Of a stretch of DNA of 64,000 nucleotides, positions 57,205-64,000 are shown piece by piece. This DNA comes from Pseudomonadota bacterium. Its GTDB lineage: Bacteria; Pseudomonadota; Alphaproteobacteria; Rickettsiales; UBA8987. The position numbers and the translations under genes are program-made. Every line of letters starts with the position of its first letter. The first letter of the stretch is position 1. Location of the stretch: NCBI GenBank assembly GCA_048498735.1, contig JBEHXK010000004.1:2283-66282 (forward strand), in the 5' to 3' direction. Under the pieces are notes generated by a model. That model was not told where the DNA came from. It saw only the letters and a list, made by a program, of their open reading frames with translations, and ran no database searches.

Positions 57205-57687
57205 ATGCCTGAACAATTAAATGAAAATAATCACCGTTCAGCTCTAGAAGATGCATATATAGATATTATGCACAGCACAACTGCAGAAAATTTGAGCGCT
57301 TTCATAATTAAATCCAGAGAAATGGGCGTAAATCCTGATGGATTTGGTAAGGCATTCAGGCAATATAAAACTTTATTTTATGATATCGGCAAGAAAATGA
57401 AAGATCAATTTGGTGCGCAAAGTGCCGAGGAATACCAACAAGTTATAAAATCAACCATTTCACAATATATAAATCTCTCGCTCTGCCCAAGCGAATTGAG
57501 AAGCAAAGAAGAATGGCAAAAAAATATCGATGGCTTCAAGCAGCTTGATCTTCACAATCTCGTTCGGGAACATATTTCAGGTTTTGCTCCTCAAGAAGCT
57601 CAGCTATTTTTTGATACAATCGAAAAACACCAGCAAGGCTGGAAACAAGGCGTAAATATTACTGATGGCGAAATTGAAAAAATTTAA
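57205..57687 (+). CDS. Hypothetical cytoplasmic protein
   Basis: 160 aa. Its composition suggests a helical protein. GGGGG SD-like run upstream. No motif recognised. Confidence 0.5.
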   Translation: MPEQLNENNHRSALEDAYIDIMHSTTAENLSAFIIKSREMGVNPDGFGKAFRQYKTLFYDIGKKMKDQFGAQSAEEYQQVIKSTISQYINLSLCPSELRSKEEWQKNIDGFKQLDLHNLVREHISGFAPQEAQLFFDTIEKHQQGWKQGVNITDGEIEKI

Positions 57688-58433
57688 ACTGTTCCGCCAT
57701 TAACTCTTAGAACCTGCCCGTTCACCCAACCACCTTCTGGGCTTGCAAGGAATGCAACCGCAGAAGCAATATCTTCCGGTGTGCCAAGCCTTTCAAGTGG
57801 CGAAAGTTTTTTGAACATGGAAACCAGTTCTTCGCTTTTGCCTTCCATAAATAACTCTGTTGCTGTTGGGCCAGGAGCAACGGCATTCACAGTTATTTCA
57901 CGCCCACGCATCTCTTTAGACATAACCGCAGTGATAGCTTCAACCGCCGCCTTCGAAGCCGAATATATGCTATAACCCTCGCGGCGCATTGGTATAACAC
58001 TTGATGAAAGATTGATGATACGCCCGCCGTTTCTTAAAACTTTTGCCGCCTCACGCAGCACTAGGAATGTACCTTTTACGTTTATATCAAAAATACTGTC
58101 GAAGGTTTCATCATCAGTATCTGCAACCGTTGGAAGTTTCGGCGAAAGAATACCGGCATTATTAACGATAATATCAACTCCACTGAAATTCTTTATCGTT
58201 TCATCAAAAAGTTTTTTTACTTCATCACTCTTGCTCACATCTGCCTTAATGGCAATTGCCTTTGCGCCAGCTTTTTTGATCTGCTCAACAACTTCTTCTG
58301 CCTGCGCCACTTTGGAAGCGTAATTAACAACAACATTAGCACCCATTTCACCTAACTTGCCTGCTATTGCAGCGCCTATACCTCGCGAACCACCAGTAAC
58401 AATTGCTGTTTTATTTTCCAAAGTTTTACTCAT
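57684..58433 (-). CDS. Short-chain dehydrogenase/reductase (FabG-like)
   Basis: TGGSRGIGAAIA, NNAG and YSASKAA motifs. The ATG at 58433 has a GGAG SD 6 nt upstream. The longest ORF (to 58475) would overlap the AKR gene. Confidence 0.85.
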   Translation of the reverse strand: MSKTLENKTAIVTGGSRGIGAAIAGKLGEMGANVVVNYASKVAQAEEVVEQIKKAGAKAIAIKADVSKSDEVKKLFDETIKNFSGVDIIVNNAGILSPKLPTVADTDDETFDSIFDINVKGTFLVLREAAKVLRNGGRIINLSSSVIPMRREGYSIYSASKAAVEAITAVMSKEMRGREITVNAVAPGPTATELFMEGKSEELVSMFKKLSPLERLGTPEDIASAVAFLASPEGGWVNGQVLRVNGGTV

Positions 58434-58449
58434 CCCAAACTCCAAATTA

Positions 58450-59271
58450 TTATGCTGCATCCCATTTAGGGGCAAATGTCGGGTTTACAAGCCGGCTGTT
58501 TTTATCTAGCGAATTTATCCTCTGCATATCATTTTCATCAAGGGAAAAATCAAAAATATCAAAATTTTCCCGGGCATTTTTTTCACTAGATGCTTTTGGA
58601 ATCGCCGCCACATTCTGCTCTATTATCCAGCGCAGAATTACCTGATTTGCGTTTTTACCATATTTTTTACCTATTTCGGTTAGTTGAGGATCATCTGTTA
58701 GTTTCCCCCTAGCCAACGGCGAATATGCGATAACAACCATATTATGGCTTTGCGCATATTCAATAACTCTGTTCTGCGAAAGCATGGGATGATATTCAAT
58801 CTGGTTGCACGCTATTGGCGCATGATATTTTTCAATCGCTTCCTGCATTAAAGAAACCGGAAAGTTACTAACACCAATCGCACGCGCTCTGCCCTGCATT
58901 AGAAGCTTTTGCAGCGCCTGCAGTGTTTCTTCAAGCGAAACATCCGGGTTAGGCCAATGCAATAACAACAGGTCTACATAATCAGTTTTTAGCTTGTTAA
59001 GTGATGTTATTGTTGATGATGATATGCGACCGGAAATATAATTATCAGGCCATATTTTAGTGGTGAGGAAAATATCTTCCCGTGTAACACCACTGTTTTT
59101 TATAGCCTGGCCTACCTCAGCCTCATTACCATACATTTGTGCCGTATCAATATGGCGATAGCCTATCTTTAACGCATTTTCCACTGCTGAAACACAGCCC
59201 AAACCATCCAGTTGCCATGTGCCAAAACCCAGGGCCGGCATTTGTTTTCCGTATATATCTAAATATTTCAT
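58450..59271 (-). CDS. Aldo/keto reductase (DkgA/DkgB-like)
   Basis: 273 aa. MPALGFGTWQL, YRHIDTAQMYGNE, LLLHWP and IPKASSEKNARENF motifs. Confidence 0.85.
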   Translation of the reverse strand: MKYLDIYGKQMPALGFGTWQLDGLGCVSAVENALKIGYRHIDTAQMYGNEAEVGQAIKNSGVTREDIFLTTKIWPDNYISGRISSSTITSLNKLKTDYVDLLLLHWPNPDVSLEETLQALQKLLMQGRARAIGVSNFPVSLMQEAIEKYHAPIACNQIEYHPMLSQNRVIEYAQSHNMVVIAYSPLARGKLTDDPQLTEIGKKYGKNANQVILRWIIEQNVAAIPKASSEKNARENFDIFDFSLDENDMQRINSLDKNSRLVNPTFAPKWDAA

Positions 59272-59409
59272 CTCATATCTTGTTATTTTTTCTGATTAAA
59301 CTCATAGGCTCATAATTTTTCTATAAGTTTCTATTAAAAACAAGCCTCTATGATTGCAAAACGGGTGATTATGGCTTATATAGGCTGCCATATTCCTTAA
59401 ATATTTTCT

Positions 59410-60612
59410 ATGCAAAATAATATTAAAAATAGTGATACCGTATTCGCAATATTGGTAGCAATCAGCTTCTGCCATATGCTTAATGATATGATCCAGTCAT
59501 TGATATTGGCGATCTACCCCTTGCTAAAAACCAATTTCAGCCTGACTTTTGGCCAGATCGGTCTTATCACCCTGACCTATCAATTAACAGCTTCAATATT
59601 GCAGCCACTGGTTGGAACATACACCGATAAGCGCCCCAGGCCATTCTCACTTGTTGCCGGAATGACAAGCACATTAACCGGCCTGATATTACTTGCCACA
59701 GCCACAAGCTTTCATCGCATATTATTTGCAGCAGCAATGGTTGGAACTGGGTCATCCATATTTCACCCTGAATCTTCACGCGTTGCACGCCTTGCATCAG
59801 GCGGCAGGCATGGGTTTGCACAATCATTGTTTCAGGTGGGTGGGAATTTTGGCTCCTCAATCGGGCCATTACTTGCAGCATTCATTATATTGCCGAATGG
59901 CCAAAAAAGTGTTGCATGGTTTTCTATTGCAGCGATCTTAGCGATAGCTGTGCTTTCACGCATTGGGGTATGGTATCGTAAAAGAATATTGGAAGTGGCA
60001 CCAAAAGCAAAAAGCCGTGAACGCGCTGTTCATTTAAGCCGAAAGCAAGTTGCAACTTCTATTACAATTTTATTGCTGCTGGTATTTTCAAAATATTTTT
60101 ACCTTGCAAGCATCAACAGCTATTACACATTTTATCTGATGCACACATTTAATATATCTGTAAAAAGTGCACAGCTTCATCTGTTTGCATTTCTTGGTGC
60201 CGTTGCTGCAGGAACTTTCATAGGTGGTCCGATCGGTGATAAAATCGGGCGTAAATATGTGATATGGGGATCTATTTTAGGTGTTCTTCCATTCACATTA
60301 ATGCTTCCGCATGCCAATTTATTCTGGACTGGCGTTTTAAGTGTTATAATTGGCGTGGTTTTGGCCTCCGCCTTCTCTGCCATATTAGTTTATGCTCAGG
60401 AATTATTACCTGGAAGGGTTGGTATGGTTGCCGGTTTATTCTTTGGCTTTGCTTTTGGCATGGGAGGTATCGGGGCCGGAGTTTTGGGTAAACTTGCAGA
60501 TATAACCAGCATAACTTTTGTATACCAGGTATGTGCATTCCTGCCAGCAATCGGGCTTCTAACCTTCTTCCTGCCTGATTTAAGCAAGCCGGTCAAAGTT
60601 AAGGCTGCTTAA
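59410..60612 (+). CDS. fsr: MFS transporter, fosmidomycin-resistance protein Fsr family
   Basis: 400 aa. Collinear with E. coli Fsr through HMLNDMIQSLILAIYPLLK..FSLTFGQIGLITLTYQL, GTGSSIFHPESSRVARLASGGRHGFAQSLFQVGGNFGSSIGPLLAA. Confidence 0.9.
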   Translation: MQNNIKNSDTVFAILVAISFCHMLNDMIQSLILAIYPLLKTNFSLTFGQIGLITLTYQLTASILQPLVGTYTDKRPRPFSLVAGMTSTLTGLILLATATSFHRILFAAAMVGTGSSIFHPESSRVARLASGGRHGFAQSLFQVGGNFGSSIGPLLAAFIILPNGQKSVAWFSIAAILAIAVLSRIGVWYRKRILEVAPKAKSRERAVHLSRKQVATSITILLLLVFSKYFYLASINSYYTFYLMHTFNISVKSAQLHLFAFLGAVAAGTFIGGPIGDKIGRKYVIWGSILGVLPFTLMLPHANLFWTGVLSVIIGVVLASAFSAILVYAQELLPGRVGMVAGLFFGFAFGMGGIGAGVLGKLADITSITFVYQVCAFLPAIGLLTFFLPDLSKPVKVKAA

Positions 60613-60725
60613 TTTTGAGACATTAAAACTTATTGCAAAGGGTTTTACAAAATGCATCGTATAAACCTATGTAACCAGAGTTTTGGTTACTCCCTATAAA
60701 GGGAAAATCAATCAAGGAGAATACG

Positions 60726-61082
60726 ATGAAAAAGTCACTTCTTACTCTAACTGCCATCAGCACTATGGCAATTGCCACAGCTTCTTTCGCTCACGATGGT
60801 GATAAAGATGGCCATAAAGGTCCTAATAAAGACTGGAAAGAAAAAGTGTTCAAGGAAATGGATGCTAATAACGATGGTAAAGTTTCTAAGGACGAATATC
60901 TAGCTTACGAAGGTAAAAAATTCGATGAAATAGATGTTAACAAAAAAGGTGCTTTAACTCCTGAGGATTTCGAAGCTCATCACAAAGCGATGATGGAAAA
61001 ATTCCATAAGGATCATCCTAAAAAATCAGATAACAGCACAACAGCTCCAGCTACTGATACAGCTCCTGTAGAAGGTAAATAG
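60726..61082 (+). CDS. Periplasmic EF-hand calcium-binding protein
   Basis: 118 aa. Signal peptide. Canonical EF loop DANNDGKVSKDE and a second loop DVNKKGALTPED. AAGGAG SD. Confidence 0.75.
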   Translation: MKKSLLTLTAISTMAIATASFAHDGDKDGHKGPNKDWKEKVFKEMDANNDGKVSKDEYLAYEGKKFDEIDVNKKGALTPEDFEAHHKAMMEKFHKDHPKKSDNSTTAPATDTAPVEGK

Positions 61083-61106
61083 TAATATTATCTTTTAGTA
61101 AAAAGG

Positions 61107-61135
61107 AAGGGGAAGAAATTTCTTCCCCTTTTTTT
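61107..61135. terminator. Bidirectional Rho-independent terminator between the EF-hand gene and tolC
   Basis: AAGGGGAAGA / TCTTCCCCTT GC-rich stem, flanked by an A-run upstream and TTTTTTT downstream. It lies between convergent genes. Confidence 0.8.
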
Positions 61136-61159
61136 ATTCTTTAAAAAACTTCAAAATAA

Positions 61160-62884
61160 TTAATGAAGGTCATTTATTTTAGTGGTCGGAATAACCAATT
61201 CTGGCTCATCTTCAGCCGGCTGACTAGTTGGTACCGCTTGTGTCTGAACGTCATTCACCGGTTGAGTTACAGCGTTTTGTGAGTTTGTATTAGCATCTGT
61301 AACCGGCGCTTTAATCATTGATGCCGGAATTTTTTTCGCCTGCTGCGCAACCTGATCAGAATTATTAAAAGCAGAATCTTCTGGCATCACCGCAGGTGCG
61401 TTTTGCACTTGAACAGTTCCGGCAGGGAGTGGCTGCTGCACTTGCGCTTGCTGGTCAGCTTCGATCTTTGAATTCACTAACACAGGCTTTAGATCCTGCT
61501 GCCAGGATTGGCTGCCGATAGCACGATAAAGATCAAACCTGGTTATTAATATATTGTAACGCGCTTCTACCCATTGCCTTCTTGCATCTGCAAGACTTGC
61601 CTGCGCATCAAGTGTGTCATTTAATGTTCCCTTACCAACCTTATATCTGCCAAGTGCAAGATCTTCAGATTCCTGTGCACTGCTTAGAAGGGTTTGCGCC
61701 GTAGTAAATTTTTTCTGCGCCGTCAGGAAATTATGATAAGTATTCCACACATCAAGCTTAACACTATTTTCTGCACTCTGCCTGTTCGCACGCGCCGCCT
61801 CCAGAAGATTGCGAGCTTCCATTTTTTTATAATTATTATTGAAGCCGGTGAATAGCGGGAAGCTCAGATTCAGGCCAATAGTATTGTTCTGCTCACTGCC
61901 ATCCAGGTTAATATAATCATATTTACTGGTTGTTCCATTAACACTTAGATATGGATAATATAGTGTTTTTGAATATTTATAATCAGCTGCTGCCTGCTTT
62001 TCCTGCGCTAAATATGCTGCCAGATCAGGCCGGTTTTTTAAACCCTCATCAATATATTGTTGGATGTCATGATCTAATGCAGAATTTGCCTGCAGAGGAT
62101 CTATAGCCGCTAATTGTAATACCTGATCCGGTGGCAGATTTAGCATCACGGCAAAATTACCTTCAACCAGTTTCATGTCATTTTCCGCCTGTTCACGCGC
62201 CAGACGGCTTTGTGCATATGCAGTTTCTGCCTGTGCCTGATCGACTTTAGTCACTACACCAACTTCAAACTTTGCTTTTGCAGCATCAAATGCTTCTTTT
62301 GCTGCCGCTTCAGATTTCACCTCTGATTCATAATCCTCATGCGCAGTGAAAACATTTAAATAGGCATTTATAACTTGAAACACTGTGTTCTGGATAGTGC
62401 TGTTATAGTTGAATGCCGCCTGCAACATCTGTTGCTTTAAGGATTCTGTATTATATTTCCTGCTGCCAAAATCATATACAATATAATCAAGGCTTAAGCC
62501 CGGGCCATAGCTTGTAGAATTTTGTGAAAGATTACGCGTGCTGCCGTTATTTGAAATTCCGCTGACAGTATTTTTATTATAGGTTTTTACTAACTCACCA
62601 GTTGCGGTAAGAGTGGGCAGATAAGCCGACTTGCCCTCGCCCAAACGTGCAGCGCTTGCCTTAGCATTTAGCCATGAAGCACGCGTGTTTGGATTATTGC
62701 ATAAAGCTATATCTATTGAATCTACAAGGTTTATCTCTTTCGCAATATCAACATTCGTACATTCAGGAAGTGTTACATTGCCATTGAGTTTATCTTTAAC
62801 GCCGAATGGATCGACCACGGCATACGAATTCCCTGCATAAAGAAGGAAAATAGCAAAAACCAAAAATTTACCAGCCTTTGGCAT
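61160..62884 (-). CDS. tolC: TolC-family outer-membrane efflux channel with a Q/P/A/V-rich C-terminal extension
   Basis: 574 aa. Signal peptide and two OEP repeats (..LNAKASAARLGEGKSAYLPTL.. and ..AQASLADARRQWVEARYNILITRFDLYRAIG). About 110 extra low-complexity residues follow. Confidence 0.85.
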   Translation of the reverse strand: MPKAGKFLVFAIFLLYAGNSYAVVDPFGVKDKLNGNVTLPECTNVDIAKEINLVDSIDIALCNNPNTRASWLNAKASAARLGEGKSAYLPTLTATGELVKTYNKNTVSGISNNGSTRNLSQNSTSYGPGLSLDYIVYDFGSRKYNTESLKQQMLQAAFNYNSTIQNTVFQVINAYLNVFTAHEDYESEVKSEAAAKEAFDAAKAKFEVGVVTKVDQAQAETAYAQSRLAREQAENDMKLVEGNFAVMLNLPPDQVLQLAAIDPLQANSALDHDIQQYIDEGLKNRPDLAAYLAQEKQAAADYKYSKTLYYPYLSVNGTTSKYDYINLDGSEQNNTIGLNLSFPLFTGFNNNYKKMEARNLLEAARANRQSAENSVKLDVWNTYHNFLTAQKKFTTAQTLLSSAQESEDLALGRYKVGKGTLNDTLDAQASLADARRQWVEARYNILITRFDLYRAIGSQSWQQDLKPVLVNSKIEADQQAQVQQPLPAGTVQVQNAPAVMPEDSAFNNSDQVAQQAKKIPASMIKAPVTDANTNSQNAVTQPVNDVQTQAVPTSQPAEDEPELVIPTTKINDLH

Positions 62885-62985
62885 TACTTATAGAATATTT
62901 ATATCAAAAATATAAAAATCATTGCTAAAATAATAATCATGAATATTATAAGCATTGTATATTAATTCACAAGTTATTATTTTAT

Positions 62986-63441
62986 ATGTCCCTAAATCTT
63001 AAAGATGATATCGAAAATAACGAGATAATTTTTTTCCAGGAAATCGCCAAGCAATCAAAATTATGCTTTGACAGAAAGGTGCAACCTATGGGTCTGACAC
63101 GTTCTCAATGGCGCGTTCTGAACATCCTGCGTCGCCGGCCGGGAATCAGCCAGGCCAAGCTGGCAGAAATTATAGAAGTTGAACCTATGACACTATGTCG
63201 CCTGCTTGACCGCATGGAAAAAAACGGCTGGATAGCTCGCAAACCTGATCCCAGGGATAGACGTGCCAATTGTGTCATACTTACTGACAAAGTTAAACCA
63301 CTTGCTGGCAAATTAAAGAATTATTCTTTGAGCTTAAGGCATGAGTTTTTAAAGGACATTAATGAGAAGGACTATGAAACCATGCTCGATTGCCTGATGA
63401 AAATAAAAGGTAATATATCTGAAATACTGTCAGGTAAGTAA
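62986..63441 (+). CDS. marR: MarR-family transcriptional regulator
   Basis: 151 aa. LTRSQWRVLNILRRRPGISQAKLAEIIEVEPMTLCRLLDRMEKNGWIARKPDPRDRR winged-helix region. Confidence 0.9.
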   Translation: MSLNLKDDIENNEIIFFQEIAKQSKLCFDRKVQPMGLTRSQWRVLNILRRRPGISQAKLAEIIEVEPMTLCRLLDRMEKNGWIARKPDPRDRRANCVILTDKVKPLAGKLKNYSLSLRHEFLKDINEKDYETMLDCLMKIKGNISEILSGK

Positions 63442-64000
63442 TGAAAAGATTCATTATAATTATAGTTGTCCTTATAGCCGCTTATTATGGCTGGCATAAG
63501 TGGAGCGCTGACGAAAAGAAAAATAAAGAAAACAAGAAACCTCCGGTTCTTGTAAGCGTTGCGGCCGCACAGCAGCAGGATATATCAACTGATGTAACTA
63601 ATGTTGGCACTGTAACACCTATTCAAACGGTCGCCGTCAGATCGCGCATTGATTCACAGATAATGGAAATCAAATTTAAAGATGGCGATTATGTGAAACA
63701 GGGTGATCTACTCTTTGTCCTTGATGACAGAACTTTGAAAGCACAGCTGGTGCAATTCCAGGCAAATCTTGTTGCGGCACAAAGCCAGCTTGAAAATCTA
63801 CGCCAGCAATATGAAAGGAATAAGCAGCTTATAAAAAGCGGCTTCGAATCACAGGAAGATCTTGATAACTCAAAAGCAGCTTATGAGGCTCAAGTTGCCA
63901 ATGTGAATGCAATTCAAGCCAGCATCGATAGTTCAAAAGTACAGATAGAATATACAAAAATCACCGCACCTATCTCGGGTCGTACCGGAACTATTAATTC
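63441..64000 (+). CDS. RND-efflux periplasmic adaptor (membrane fusion protein), 5' part; continues past the window
   Basis: Not in the ORF track, because it has no in-window stop. The ATG at 63441 overlaps the marR stop (TAATG). The protein begins MKRFIIIIVVLIAAYYGW (anchor), ...VAVRSRIDSQIMEIKFKDGDYVKQGDLLFVLDD..., then a coiled coil, ...YTKITAPISGRTG. This is the typical AcrA/MdtA family layout. Confidence 0.85.
   Translation, partial: MKRFIIIIVVLIAAYYGWHKWSADEKKNKENKKPPVLVSVAAAQQQDISTDVTNVGTVTPIQTVAVRSRIDSQIMEIKFKDGDYVKQGDLLFVLDDRTLKAQLVQFQANLVAAQSQLENLRQQYERNKQLIKSGFESQEDLDNSKAAYEAQVANVNAIQASIDSSKVQIEYTKITAPISGRTGTIN

Noticed and set aside
59370-59392. TATGGC-N11-GCCATA inverted repeat / TGGCTT...GGCT sigma-54-like sequence upstream of fsr
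   Set aside because: The -24/-12 spacing is off by one and the -12 element is poor. A 6-bp inverted repeat alone is not distinguishable from chance.
62894-62920. AT-rich imperfect palindrome TATTTATAT-N5-ATATAAAAA between tolC and marR, considered as a MarR operator
   Set aside because: It is plausible by position, but the spacer is almost pure A/T, where such imperfect palindromes arise by chance. It is not supportable without comparative data.
1-64000. Screen for CRISPR arrays, IS elements or transposases, integrases, prophage genes, toxin-antitoxin pairs and known defence-system genes
   Set aside because: None were recognised. All ORFs of 60 aa or more were inspected, and no arrays of regularly spaced direct repeats were seen by eye. 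A computational repeat search could still find short or degenerate elements.

Overview
Gene-dense, moderately AT-rich chromosomal window from a Gram-negative bacterium. It is most plausibly a host-associated alphaproteobacterium: alpha-type SspB, an mraZ-rsmH-ftsL-ftsI block, MTSIL-type N-termini, and an isolated virB8-virB9 pair as in Rickettsiales/Holosporales-like genomes. The lineage call is inference. The genetic code is standard (TGA is used as a stop). Most of the window is housekeeping: ilvB, a partial dcw block, mfd, rpoN, gpsA, purK, serA, glnE, bcp, glmM, argG, ftsY, rdgB, a zur-znuCB / tonB-exbBD / CDF metal cluster, tamAB, one tRNA-Ser, and a marR / tolC / RND-adaptor efflux locus at the right edge. 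No rRNA, CRISPR array, transposase or integrase was seen. The non-routine content is as follows. (1) The first 6.6 kb looks empty in the supplied ORF track, but it is one uninterrupted reverse-strand reading frame. It runs 2,211 codons from the ATG at 6633 off the left edge and encodes a giant Sec-secreted protein of no family I recognise. (2) That gene is divergent from an orphan virB8-virB9 type IV secretion pair, which is followed directly by housekeeping ilvB. (3) A convergent pair of paralogous, extremely Ser/Thr/Asp-rich proteins have no signal peptide. One has a flagellin-like MTSIL N-terminus, the other a near-consensus sigma-54 promoter. (4) The tRNA-Ser is followed by an exact 20-nt copy of its own 3' end and by further tRNA-3'-end-like fragments, which look like integration scars, and then by a patch of accessory genes. 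(5) Two candidate effector-like proteins are present: a CHAP/NlpC-P60-like hydrolase with a disordered N-terminus, and an Ldh/Mdh-fold protein with a long C-terminal extension. (6) Convergent genes recurrently abut or overlap at their stop codons, with a single clean intrinsic terminator in the whole window. All family calls rest on motifs read by eye and remembered family signatures. No database search was run.
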